DNA from: Eledone cirrhosa
Taxonomy: Eukaryota
Direction: 5' to 3'
Assembly (NCBI GenBank): GCA_964016885.1
Contig: OZ024765.1
Span: 10,416,001-10,480,000, forward strand
Length of the DNA stretch: 64,000 bases
Position 1 is the stretch's first letter, and each line of letters begins with the position of its first letter. Of this stretch, positions 23,234 to 36,639 are shown piece after piece. A program made the position numbers and the translations under genes. The notes beneath the pieces are model-generated. The model worked only from the letters and a program-made list of their open reading frames with translations. It made no database searches and was not told the DNA's origin.

Positions 23234-26200
23234 GTCCACTCTGTAAGCTGGTAGTGCTGGTGCTATGACAAACAGCACCCAGTCCACTCTGTAAAGTGGT
23301 AGCGCTGGTGCCATGACAAACAGCACCCAGTCCACTCTGTAAGCTGGTAGCGCTGGTGCTATGACAAACAGCACCCAGTCCACTCTGTAAGCTGGTAGCG
23401 CTGGTGCTATGACAAACAGCACCCAGTCCACTCTGTAAAGTGGTAGCGCTGGTGCTATGACAAACGGCACCCAGTCCATTCTGTAAGCTGGTAGCGCTGG
23501 TGCTATGACAAACAGCACCCAGTCCACTCTGTAAGCTGGTAGCGCTGGTGCTATGACAAACGGCACCCAGTCCACTCTGTAAAGTGGTAGCGCTGGTGCT
23601 ATGACAAACGGCACCCAGTCCACTCTGTAAAGTGGTAGCGCTGGTGCTATGACAAACGGCACCCAGTACACTCTGTAAGCTGGTAGTGCTGGTGCCATGA
23701 CAAACAGCACCCAGTCCACTCTGTAAGCTGGTAGCGCTGGTGCTATGACAAACGGCACCCAGTCCACTCTGTAAGCTGGTAGTGCTGGTGCTATGACAAA
23801 CGGCACCCAGTCCACTCTGTAAAGTGGTAGCGCTGGTGCTATGACAAACGGCACCCAGTACACTCTGTAAGCTGGTAGTGCTGGTGCTATGACAAACGGC
23901 ACCCAGTCCACTCTGTAAAGTGGTAGCGCTGGTGCTATGACAAACAGCACCCAATACACTCTGTAAGCTGGTAGTGCTGGTGCCATGACAAACGGCACCC
24001 AGTACACTCTGTAAGCTGGTAGCGCTGGTGCTATGACAAACGGCACCCAGTACACTCTGTAAGCTGGTAGCGCTGGTGCTATGACAAACAGCACCCAGTC
24101 CACTCTCCACTCAGTAAAGTGGTAGCACTGGTACTATGACAAATGGCACCCAGTCCACTCTGTAAGCTGGTAGTGCTGGTGCCATGACAAACAGCACCCA
24201 GTCCACTCTGTAAAGTGGTAGCGCTGGTACTATGACATACGGCACCCAGTCCATTCTGTAAGCTGGTAGTGGTGGTGCTATGACAAACAGCACCCAGTCC
24301 ACTCTGTAAAGTGGTAGCGCTGGTGCTGACAAACAGCACCCAGTCCACTCTGTAAAGTGGTAGCGCTGGTGCCATGACAAACAGCACCCAGTCCACTCAG
24401 TAAAGTGGTAGCGCTGGTACTATGACAAACGGCACCCAGTCCACTCTGTAAGCTGGTAGTGCTGGTGCCATGACAAACAGCACCCAGTCCACTCTGTAAA
24501 GTGGTAGCGCTGGTGCCATGACAAACAGCACCCAGTCCACTCTGTAAAGTGGTAGCGCTGGTGCTATGACAAACAGCACCCAGTCCACTCTGTAAAGTGG
24601 TAGCGCTGGAGCCATGACAAACAGCACCCAGTACACTCTGTAAAGTGGTAGTGCTGGTGCTGTGACAAACAGCACCCAGTCCACTCTGTAAGCTGGTAGT
24701 GCTGGTGCTATGACAAACAGCACCCAGTCCACTCTGTAAGCTGGTAGTGCTGGTGCTATGACAAACAGCACCCAGTCCACTCTGTAAGCTGGTAGTGCTG
24801 GTGCTATGACAAACAGCACCCAGTCCACTCTGTAAAGTGGTAGCGCTGGTGCTATGACAAACGGCACCCAGTACACTCTGTAAGCTGGTAGTGCTGGTGC
24901 TATGACAAACAGCACCCAGTCCACTCTGTAAAGTGGTAGCGCTGGTGCTATGACAAACGGCACCCAGTCCACTCTGTAAAGTGGTAGCGCTGGTGCTATG
25001 ACAAACGGCACCCAGTACACTCTGTAAGCTGGTAGTGCTGGTGCTATGACAAACGGCACCCAGTCCACTCTGTAAGCTGGTAGCGCTGGTGCTATGACAA
25101 ACAGCACCCAGTCCACTCTCCACTCAGTAAAGTGGTAGCACTGGTACTATGACAAATGGCACCCAGTCCACTCTGTAAGCTGGTAGTGCTGGTGCCATGA
25201 CAAACAGCACCCAGTCCACTCTGTAAAGTGGTAGCGCTGGTACTATGACATACGGCACCCAGTCCATTCTGTAAGCTGGTAGTGGTGGTGCTATGACAAA
25301 CAGCACCCAGTCCACTCTGTAAAGTGGTAGCGGTGGTGCTGACAAACAGCACCCAGTCCACTCTGTAAGCTGGTAGTGCTGGTGCCATGACAAACAGCAC
25401 CCAGTCCACTCTGTAAGCTGGTAGTGCTGGTGCTATGACAAACGGTACCCAGTCCACTCTGTAAGCTGGTAGTGCTGGTGCCATGACAAACAGCACCCAG
25501 TCCACTCTGTAAAGTGGTAGCGCTGGTGCCATGACAAACAGCACCCAGTCCACTCTGTAAAGTGGTAGCGCTGGTGCTATGACAAACAGCACCCAGTCCA
25601 CTCTGTAAAGTGGTAGCGCTGGTACTATGACATACGGCACCCAGTCCACTCTGTAAGCTGGTAGTGCTGGTGCCATGACAAACAGCACCCAGTCCACTCT
25701 GTAAGCTGGTAGTGCTGGTGCCATGATAAACAGCACCCAGTCCACTCTGTAAAGTGGTAGCGCTGGTGCCATGACAAACAGCACCCAGTACACTCTGTAA
25801 AGTGGTAGTGCTGGTGCCGTGACAAACAGCACCCAGTCCACTCTGTAAAATGGTCGCGCTGGTGCTATGACAAACGGCACCCAGTCCACTCTGTAAGCTG
25901 GTAGTGCTGGTGCCATGACAAACAGCACCCAGTCCACTCTGTAAAGTGGTAGCGCTGGTACTATGACATACGGCACCCAGTCCATTCTGTAAGCTGGTAG
26001 TGCTGGTGCTATGACAAACAGCACCCAGTCCACTCTGTAAAGTGGTAGCGCTGGTGCTATGACAAACAGCACCCAGTCCACTCTGTAAAGTGGTAGCGCT
26101 GGTGCTATGACAAACAGCACCCAATACACTCCGTAACGTGGTACTGCTGGTGCCATGACAAACTGCACCCAGTACACTCTGTAAAGTGGTAGCACTGGTA

Positions 26201-26690
26201 CTATGACAAACAGCACCCAGTCCACTCTGTAAGGTGTTAGTGTCGGTGCTATGACAAAAATCACCCGGTCCACTATGTAAGGTGGTTGTGCTGGTACTAT
26301 GACAAACAGTACCCAGTACACTCTGTAAGGTGGTCATACTGGTGTCATGACAAAAAGCACCCAGTCCACTCTGCTGGTGTCATGACAAAAAGCACGCAGT
26401 CTACCACATAAGCTGGTAGTGTTGGTGCCACCTCGGAAAGTACTCAGTTCACCATGTAAAAGATAGTGCTAGTATCATGGCAAAAAGAACCCGGTCTGCC
26501 CTATAAGGTGGTAGTGATGGTGCCACAAAAAAAAAAAAAAAAAAGCATCCAGTGTGCTCTGTAAGGTGGTAGTGTTGGTGCCATGATGAAAAGTAGTACA
26601 CAGACTTCTTTGTCAAGTGGTAGTACAGGTGCCGTGACAAAACTAGCAAGTTCACTCTGTAAGATAGTGCTAGTGCCTCAACAAAATGCA
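23234..26690 (+). repeat. 48-bp minisatellite (about 70 units, degenerating at the 3' end)
   Basis: Unit gacaaacagcacccagtccactctgtaaagtggtagcgctggtgctat. Confidence 0.96.
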
Positions 26691-26714
26691 CTCACTCACA
26701 CATACATACATGCA

Positions 26715-27060
26715 TGATAGCTATCTAGTCTTTAGATGAACACGAGCATCGCTGACAGGTTGACTTATAACTGATTGTTTCTATGAATGTGAGATTCACA
26801 CCGACTTTTGAAGCTGGCAAGAGACTTACAGAGTTTGCTGCAAAGACTGCAAACTACATTTGTGTATTTAGCCTGAAGGTTAGGCCTTGCAGGTGGAGGA
26901 TCATTATGGGTTTTCAAATGTCTTGTGGGTCCTGAGTAGCTCTTGTTGACTTTGCCGCATACATAACAGGTAAACGTGTCTGCAATAATGAATTGAGCAC
27001 AATCTGTTGGTGGGTTGTCTATGTGACACTTGATTGCTTTGGAGTCCTGCATTTGACAAG
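26715..27060 (-). mobile_element. RTE-type LINE 3' fragment with two C-terminal C2H2-like fingers
   Basis: FTCYVCGKVNKSYSGPTRHLKTH and VCSLCSKLCKSLASFKSRCESH just before a stop, with no start or splice context. Confidence 0.55.
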
Positions 27061-27191
27061 CATAGATACATACATGCATGGATACATACATACACACACA
27101 CACGTACATACATACATACATTTTGTTTCCCCCCTTGCAGTTCCAGGTCTGATCTAAATACCTATTTCTCTCTCTTTCTCTCTTTTAACAG

Positions 27192-28095
27192 GTTCCTCCT
27201 TCGGCAAAAGCCAAATATTGCCTAAAACTAGGAACAGAGATTAAGCAGTTCTGTGGCACCCAGTGCCACGCTCAGTTCAAAAAGAGACTCAAAGTTTGTT
27301 GTTACTGTCAGAAGGATCTGACCAACGTGTCTGATTCATTTATGGCCCCTGTCGGCTGGGAACAGGGAGTGTTCAAGGACTTCTGTAGCCCGTCTTGCCT
27401 GCAGAAATACGAAGAGAAAAACAACAAGGATGTGGAAATTATTGGCGTCGAACAGAGTAAAAAACGATTGCCATGTGCTGTGTGTGGCAAGGTTTGGTTA
27501 GCGAAGCACGAAGTAAAGTTTGAAGGCAAGGTTCATAAAATGTGCAGCGACCCATGTTTATCTGCGTTTCAATATGCCAACAAGTTAACGATGAATACCT
27601 GTGACAATTGTGGCGTATATTGCTACAATGAGGGTATGCAACCGCAGTATATTCAATTCGAAGGACAGCAGAAAAGATTCTGCAGTTTCATGTGTGTGAA
27701 TACTTTCCGCGCACTCAACAAAAAAGTTGTGTCCTGCGCATGGTGTGGCTCAAAGAAGGGTAACTTTGACATGATCGAACGAGTCGACGCCAACAACAAG
27801 TATCAGCTGTTTTGTTCACTTAACTGTCTTTCTTTGTACCGAGTTAACCTGCAAGCCACGTCCAACCAAGCGGTGACATGTGACCACTGTCGCAAGTTTG
27901 TACCTGCCCAGTATCACCTGACCATGAGCGATGCTTCGGTGAGAAATTTCTGCTCCTACAATTGCGTGATGGCATTTCAATCCCAGTTTTCCTCTCCGAC
28001 CTCATCTACAACGGTGGCCCCTACTCCTACAAAGAGCCAGTCGATATCCCTTTTACAGTCGTCGCAAGCCAAGTCTTCAAAGCCAGCAACAAGAA
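27192..28095 (+). CDS. ZMYM4: Coding exon 5: tandem MYM/FCS zinc fingers
   Basis: taacag acceptor and A|gtaagt donor. Repeated motifs QFCGTQC, DFCSPSC, KMCSDPC, RFCSFMC, LFCSLNC and HLTMSDASVRNFCSYNC are typical of ZMYM/woc. Confidence 0.96.
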
Positions 28096-28173
28096 GTAAG
28101 TCATACATGATTTTTTTAAACCATATATTTACTCGTTTCATCATCATATTTTTTTTTGTCACCAGACCTTTTT

Positions 28174-28176
<3 letters not shown>

Positions 28177-28219
<43 letters not shown>

Positions 28220-28220
28220 T

Positions 28221-28277
<57 letters not shown>

Positions 28278-28420
28278 TTACTATATATATATAATATTAT
28301 TACTATATGTATATATATATATAATATTATTACTATATGTATATATATATATAATATTATTACTATATGTATATATATATATAATATTATTACTATATGT
28401 ATATATATATATAATATTAT

Positions 28421-28489
<69 letters not shown>

Positions 28490-28572
28490 TCCTTACGAGG
28501 TCGATAAAATAAAGTACCAGTAATGAACTGGGTAATTGCTGGCCTTGTGCCTAAAGTAGAAACAATTATTAC

Positions 28573-28604
<32 letters not shown>

Positions 28605-28605
28605 T

Positions 28606-28642
<37 letters not shown>

Positions 28643-28643
28643 T

Positions 28644-28684
<41 letters not shown>

Positions 28685-28685
28685 T

Positions 28686-28722
<37 letters not shown>

Positions 28723-28745
28723 TTACTATATATATATAATATTAT

Positions 28746-28798
<53 letters not shown>

Positions 28799-28799
28799 T

Positions 28800-28837
<38 letters not shown>
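28177..28837. repeat. (TA)n/ATT compound repeat with a SINE B scrap
   Basis: Direct reading. Confidence 0.9.
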
Positions 28838-28840
<3 letters not shown>

Positions 28841-29243
28841 GCTATGTTTTTTGAAGACGGTAAGTGAAGTTTGAAATTGAGTTAGAAATAGAAACTTTCG
28901 CCATATTTTGACAAGAAATTTAGCCTGATAGTGGGGTTTAAAACCTTCTTAATGGAAAAAAAAATATATATATATATAAAAAAAAAATATATATATAGTT
29001 AATACAAAGTATTGCGAGATACGTAGTAAAAGACCAATAATTCTGTTAAACGTGGTAGAAAAATATAAAGGGCAAAGGATGGCAAATGAAAGAAAACGAA
29101 GTAATGTTTTACTCAATGTATTTTAGCATATTGGTGTTTGTAATATAGCTTTATCCTTTTGTTAACATATTTCTAAGAAAAGACTGCCTGTGATTTTTGG
29201 ATAATTTTGAAAATAATCAAGAATTTGAAGGAGTTTAGTAATA

Positions 29244-29542
29244 CAGTGGAACATCAGTTCAAAAACTTAATTCATTCCCGAAGGCCGTTTGTTACCCAAA
29301 ATGTTTGTATGCTGAAACATTGAGAGAGAAATACAGTGACAGAGAAACTGTTTAAAAGACAGATGGATCTCACCATAGTAACTAACTACACAACAAGTGA
29401 TGCTTTCCCGCTAATACTCCTAGCTTGCTGACAAACGTTGCCGGCTCGCATGTTTGTTACTCAAGACACTTTGTCACCCGAGATGTTTTAGGTTTGGAAA
29501 ATTGTTTATGATGAGAGGGGCTCGTGAATCAAGGTTCCACTG
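29244..29542. mobile_element. Tc1/mariner (Tigger-like) MITE nested in another MITE
   Basis: Ends TA-CAGTGGAAC ... GTTCCACTG. Related copies at about 49945-50180 and 50248-50561. Confidence 0.7.
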
Positions 29543-30459
29543 TTATATAACTAACTTTCTCATTAATAAGCAGGGTGTTTTTTATCATGAAGATTTTTAA
29601 CCCTTTACCATTTACATTACGCTATATATACTATTGTATTTTCATGGTAAAGGATTTACCTCACATAATTATCTTACTCAATATCGAATCTATGAAATTT
29701 TGATATAATTTATTTTAAGAACATTATTGTAACATCAGTATGAGTGGCCGGTTACAGCTGGTTTGAACAGAAAGAGGTGAGAGAATTCTGGCCGGATATG
29801 GCCGGTTTAAATGCTAAAAAAAAATGTTGGCCTTGTGCCTGAATAGGAACCATTATTTTTCCGCCGGGGTTAACTTTGCCTTTCATACTTACGGGGTCGA
29901 TAAAATAAAGTACCAGTAATGCACTGGTGTAATTGTTGACCTTGTGCCATAAAGTAGAAACAATTATTTTTAGGGTGGTGGTTTGGCAGAATTGGTAGAG
30001 TTGTTGGGCAACATGCTTTGTGTCATATAGTTACATCCCTTTACGTTCTGAGTTCAAATCCTGCTGAGGTTAACTTTGCTTTTCAACCTTCTGCGGGGGT
30101 CGATAAAATAAAGTACCAGTAATACACTGGCGTCGATTTAATCGACTTTCCCCCTTCCCCAAAATTGTTGGCCCTGTGCCTATATACGAAACCATTAATA
30201 TGCTTCCATGCTTGTTTGTTTTTTCTTCCCTTTTGTTTTCTGTATTTTTTTCTTCCCTTTTGTTTTCTGTATTTTTTTCTTTTCTTGTTTGTTTTTGCTG
30301 TATTTATTAATTGTATTTTTGTGTGTATGTGTGTGTGTTTTTCATATATTTCTTCTCATTGCTATGTTTTGCTCTAATTGGTGTGTTGTTGTTGCTGTTT
30401 CTGTCACCTTGAGATGTATACATACCCCAATCTTTAAAAAACACTAACAGGAGGAAACT

Positions 30460-30522
<63 letters not shown>

Positions 30523-30659
30523 CTCTTTCTCTCTCTCTCTCTCTGTCTCTCTCATAAAAGGCCGATAATTTTCAAAAGTGCAGTATATAACGGTACAAAG
30601 GGCAAATGATGACAAATAAAACAGAACAAAGTAGTGTTTGACCCAGTGTATTTCAACCT

Positions 30660-31195
30660 TTTTTGTCTTCTCCCACTTATTCCTGAGAGGGTCGTGGGCA
30701 AGAGTCCTCAAACACTCCTTCCAGCAGGTTCTGTCAGAAGCAACCAGCTTCAACTGATCTGGCTGGATCCCCAAGTGAGACCAGCTAAGCTGAGGAATCT
30801 CATCCAATCATCTTGCTTGGAGACTAGCCCCATGTCTCTTGTCGGTTGGTTTTGCCTGTAAAATCTGTCTAGTGATTTTTTTCTGAGACATTCTAACCAC
30901 ATGTCCATAGTATCAGAGCTGTGATCTCTCAATTCAGAGAAGTAGCAGCTCTACCTGGAGTGATTCGCTCATCTCCGAGCTACAAATATCTCCAACAATT
31001 CTTTCCTGAGACATTCTAACCACATGTCCATAGTATCAGAGCTGTGATCTCTCAATTCGGAGAAGTAGCAGCTTTACCTGGAGAGACTCTCTGATCTCTG
31101 AGCTACAAATCTGTTCAGTTATTCTTTCCTGAGACATTCTAATATGCCTGTAGTATCAGGGATATGATCTCTCAATCCAGAGAAGTTGCAGCTTT
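30660..31195 (-). mobile_element. RTE-like LINE 3' fragment (second family) with an internal ~117-bp triplication
   Basis: Homologous to 45110-45440 (+; LRIEGSQLRYYGHVVR...RSRGRP) and 54057-54410 (-). Confidence 0.7.
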
Positions 31196-31444
31196 CATAC
31201 TATAAAGAAGGCAATAACCTTGAAATATCATGCTGAAATATACTGGGTAAAACATTACATTATTCTGTTTTATTCATCATTTGTTCTTTGTATTTTTCTA
31301 CCGCTTTGTACCGACTTTGTGAAAATTATCTATCTTTTACTACATATCTCACAATGCTTCATATTAACTACACTTCTATATATATCTATCTTCGGCTTTT
31401 AGTCTTCACATTTACTATTACAATACAATATATATATATATATA

Positions 31445-32166
31445 CGCAGACTAGAGAGAAACGAAGCTTGCATGCTCCGCTGGATGTGTAATAGTAATAT
31501 ACGTGAACGACAAAGCATAAACGAACTAAGGAAAAAATTAGAAATAAGAGGGATCAGATGTTGTTTACTAGAGAGAAGGCTACGTTGGTAAGGTCACGTG
31601 ATGCGCATGAAGGACAATAGCTGTATAACAAAGTGCAGGGCAATAAAGATAGACGGTAGCCACGGAATAGGCAGACCCAGAAAAACCTGGGACGAGCTGA
31701 TAAACTCCGACCTCACACACTTACACCTCACCAAGACAATGTCACTGTACCTTTGGCGGAACTCAGTAATAGAGAAGACCCGCCTTACCTAAATATAAAG
31801 TAAAACCTACTACAGTCAGTAGGCATCTCTAACAAAATACACCCCCGTCCCACCACCCCACCCCACCCCATCCACACCGCCCTCTTCTATGTAAAGTTAT
31901 GTTGGTGCCACACCATCCAGGCCGAAACAAATGAGATCGTGTAGGTGTCACGACAAAAAAACACACAGTCCACGCTGTAATGTGGCCGTGTAGGCAACAC
32001 GGTAAAAACCTCCCAGACCCACACTGTAAATGTGGTTGGTGTTAGGAAGGGCATCCAACTGTAGAAAACCTGCCAGACAGTCCTATGCGAGCAAGATAAT
32101 CACTCTTGCCTCAAGTGGGAAAACCCCCGTCCAAACCCATGCAAGCGTGGAACACGGATGTTAAAC

Positions 32167-32223
<57 letters not shown>
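31445..32223 (+). mobile_element. 5'-truncated degenerate RTE LINE with 3' UTR and (GAT)n tail
   Basis: GHVMRMKDNSCI...GRPRKTWDELI, followed by a 3' UTR shared with 9487-9835. Confidence 0.88.
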
Positions 32224-32670
32224 ATAAAAGAGTGTTGTTTATCTTAGTTGTTACGTAGTAACTTCCTGATGATAAGCAGGTCCTAGCGACCAAAGCACTA
32301 CATCAGTAGTTTATCCCAGGTAGGTGATATTGAGTGACGGAGTATTCATTTATCAAATAATGGTAGTTAAGACTGAATTAAATCATCATAATTGTTTATA
32401 AACAATTATGGTGATTTAATACCATTATATATATATATATATTCACACACATTTATATCATAAAATTTCACCTGTTTATCACAGTCATCAGGATGACCCT
32501 GTGATAAACAGGTGAAACTCCAGAGTAACAAGACTTACTTTTTAGCCTAATAAATGAATATTAAAACTCTACTTTGGTATTGAGTACTTCTTCCTCTCAA
32601 CCATCAACTACATATGGATATATATATATGTGTATATATATATATATGTGTGTGTATATATATATATATA

Positions 32671-33352
32671 GCTGCAAAAGGCTTTTCCCTCAAAATGAAA
32701 GGCAGACTGTATGATGCATGTATACGAACAACAATGTTACATGGTAGTGAGACCTGGGTGCTGTCTGTAGAAGACTTGCGTAGATTAGAAAGAAATGAAG
32801 CCTGCATGCTCCGATGGATGTGTAATAGTAATATACGCGAACAGCAAAGCATAAATGAATTGAGAGAGAGACTGAGCATAAGAGGAATCAAATGCTGTGT
32901 GCAGGAGAGGCGGTTGCGTTGGTATGGACATGTGATGCGTATGAAGGATGACAGCTGCATAAAAAGGTGCAGAGCACTAGAAGTCGATGGAAACCGCAGA
33001 GTGGGGAGACCCAAGAAGACCTGGGATGAGGTGATAAAAGCCGACCTTACCCAATTACACCTCTCAAAGGCGATGGCACACGACTGTGACTTCTGGCGTC
33101 ACACAGTAATACAGAAGACCCGACCCGACACCATGGGTACAAGCCAAAGCTGAAGCATATAGACAATATACCCCCACCCCCTTCCACTGCAAAGTGGTTG
33201 TGGAGGTGCCACGGCAAAAAAGCACCCAGCACTCACTGTAAATGAGGTTGGTGTTAGGAAGGGCATCCAGCTGTAGAAATCAAGCCAAAATCAGTTCCCG
33301 TCCTACCCTTGCAAGCAGGGAAAAAGCGGACGTAAAATGAATGAAAATGAAA
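32671..33352 (+). mobile_element. 5'-truncated RTE LINE: intact ORF C-terminus plus 3' UTR
   Basis: KGRLYDACIRTTMLHGSETW...MLRWMC...RRLRWYGHVMRM...GRPKKTW, stop at 33153. The 3' UTR is the same as the SINE A tail. Confidence 0.92.
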
Positions 33353-34440
33353 TGGGAGTGAGGTGGGTGTCGACTTATATTTGAGTATATATGGTATCTA
33401 CTGAAACGACAATACCTCAATTCAAAATATATAACTGCCTTGAAAATGGTTGTATGTAAAATGGAGGTGTGACTTGCAGGTGATGAGTGTATATGTACAT
33501 GTTTTCTCTCATAACCACAACCAACATTGAAATAAAAGTAAACAAATCCAATGAACCCAAACCAACAAAGACCCACTATGTAAAATACAAATACTCAGCT
33601 ACAAAAACACAATTAGTTTATCATCTGAAGCTAACATTATCCAAAATCCAGAGCCTTCTTACTCTTCTTGGAGGAAGAACCCCTACTCGGTTGACCTCCA
33701 CCACTTCCTATCCCTGGCTATTTTGGGCCATGAGGGGCCAAGGTATCAGGTCAGATCGTTGCGCCATCTTGCCTTTGGCCACCCTCTAGTTCTCCACTGC
33801 CTTGGTTTCCACTCTGTCACTAACAGTCCACCTGTTGTCACTAAAATGAGAGACATGGCCAGCCCATTCAACTTTTGTTCCTTCTTGATCTCAATCATAG
33901 ATATACACACATTAAAATAAACTATTTTGTATCACAGAACCAGGAGTGCTTTCGTATAAAAAGAGTTAAATATGCACTCTTTAAGATAGGTGGTTTTATG
34001 TCATAGATTGTCACACCATCTTCCTTGTCTTTGGCTGCACTCTGGTTCTTCTCCACTGCCGTGGTCTCCATTCTATCACTCTAATAGTCCACCTGTTGTC
34101 TCTGAGACAAGAGACGTGGCCATCTTGCATTGGTGGTGTGGAGAAGGGCGACTGGTATGCCTGGGTGACTGTTGGTCTGTCACAAACAACCTTGCCCGGT
34201 CTTGTGCCTCAAAGGGGAACTTTCTACGTGCAAATCCCATGGCGATTAGTGATCGAAGGAGGTCTTTACCCTAAGCTTTATATCTGGCCAGAATTCTCTC
34301 ACCCTTTTCTATTCAAACTGGCTGTAACCGGCTGCTCATACTGATGTTAAGTTATTGTTCTCAAAATAAATAACATCAAAATCTCATAGATTCGATATTA
34401 TGTGAGATAAAGCCTTTACTGTGAAAATACAATAGTATAT

Positions 34441-34795
34441 GGAGGCACATGGCTTAGTGGTTAGAGCATTGGGCTTGCAATCGAAAGGTTGTGAGTTCAA
34501 TTCTCAGACCAGGTGATGTGTTGTTTCCTTGAGCAAGACACTTTATTTCACATTGCTCCGGTTTACTCAGCTTTAGAAATGAGATGATAGGGACTGGGGT
34601 CCCTATCATTCCACTGCAAAGTGGTCGTGGAGGTGCCATGGCAAAAAAAAGCACCCAGCACTCACTGTAAATGAGGTTGGTGTTAGGAAGGGCATCCAGC
34701 TGTAGAAATCAAGCCAGAATCAGTTCCCGTCCCACCCTTGCGAGCAGGGAAAAAGCGGACGTAAAATGAAATGATGATGATGATGATGATGATGA
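34441..34795 (+). mobile_element. SINE type A, full length (tRNA head + CORE-like + RTE tail)
   Basis: A box TGGCTTAGTGG, B box GAGTTCAATTC, CORE-like ccttgagcaagacacttta, RTE tail and (GAT)n. Confidence 0.9.
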
Positions 34796-35159
34796 ATTAT
34801 GTGAGATAAAGTCTTTACTGTGAAAATAGTATATCTAGAGTAATGTGAATGCTAAAGGATTAAATCACATGTATGTATGTACTAGTGTATAAGTTATATC
34901 TTTTCCCATGATAATATGATGTAAAAGAATTAACCTAAAACAGGCACACACACACATAGAGAGCCATGCACGGACACAGATATGCAGTCACACACAGACA
35001 CGCATGCACACATACAGACCTGTGCACGGACACACATTCACACACACACACACACTAAACTAATAGTAAATATAAAAGAAAATATATTTGGTTTCCATTT
35101 CCTCATCAGTTAGTTGGCAGTATGCATCTGAGTTGGCTGACTGCACTACTACATACTGA

Positions 35160-35185
35160 TATATATATACACACCTATATATATG

Positions 35186-35216
<31 letters not shown>

Positions 35217-35285
35217 CTCTATATATGTATATCTATATATGTATATCTATATATGTATATATATATATGTATATTTATATATATG

Positions 35286-35320
<35 letters not shown>

Positions 35321-35321
35321 G

Positions 35322-35404
<83 letters not shown>

Positions 35405-35617
35405 ATATATATATGTGTATATATATATATGTGTATATATATATATGTGTATATATATATATGTGTATATATATATATGTGTATATATATATATATGTGT
35501 ATATATGTATATATATGTATATATATATATGTATGTATATATATATATGTATATATATGTATATATATATATATGTGTATATATATATATATATGTGTAT
35601 ATATATATATATATGTA

Positions 35618-35654
<37 letters not shown>

Positions 35655-36060
35655 GTATATATATGTATATATATATATATATATATACGTATATATATGT
35701 ATATATATATATATATATATACGTATATATATGTATATATATATATATATATATACGTATATATATATATATATATACGTATATATATGTATATATATAT
35801 ATACGTATATATATATATACGTATATATATGTATATATATACGTATATATATGTATATATATGTATATATATATATATATATATATACGTATATATATGT
35901 ATATATATACGTATATATATGTATATATATATATATATGTATATGTATATATATACGTATATATATGTATATATATGTATATGTATATATATATGTATAT
36001 ATATATATATGTATATGTATATATATACGTATATGTATATATATATATATGTATATGTAT

Positions 36061-36094
<34 letters not shown>

Positions 36095-36337
36095 ATATAC
36101 ATATATATATGTATATGTATATATGTATATATATACGTATATGTATATATATATTGATATATACGTATATGTATATATATATATGGATATATACGTATAT
36201 GTATGTATATATATATATGTATATATGGATATATATATATATGTATATATGGATATATACGTATATGTATGGATATATACGTATATGTATGTATATATAT
36301 ATATATGTATATATGTATATATATATATACGTATATG

Positions 36338-36368
<31 letters not shown>

Positions 36369-36453
36369 GTATATATATACGTATATGTATATATATATGT
36401 ATATGTATACGTATATATATATGTATATATATACGTATATGTATATATATACG

Positions 36454-36487
<34 letters not shown>

Positions 36488-36493
36488 TATAAG

Positions 36494-36570
<77 letters not shown>

Positions 36571-36603
36571 GTATGTATATATATATATATATGTATATAT
36601 ATG

Positions 36604-36625
<22 letters not shown>
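35160..36625. repeat. About 1.5-kb (TA)n-based microsatellite with TG/CG interruptions
   Basis: Direct reading. Confidence 0.97.

Positions 36626-36639
<14 letters not shown>

Noticed and set aside
26765-27121. Antisense C2H2 zinc-finger gene
   Set aside because: The ORF start lies in a microsatellite, the second finger is degenerate and there is no exon structure. It is better explained as a LINE ORF C-terminus.
32671-33153. Functional reverse transcriptase gene
   Set aside because: Only the C-terminal ~160 codons are present, 5'-truncated at a (TA)n tract, and the catalytic RT core is absent.
34441-34515. tRNA gene (A and B boxes)
   Set aside because: It is the head of a multi-copy SINE continuing into CORE-like and LINE-derived sequence, and no convincing cloverleaf or oligo-T terminator is present.
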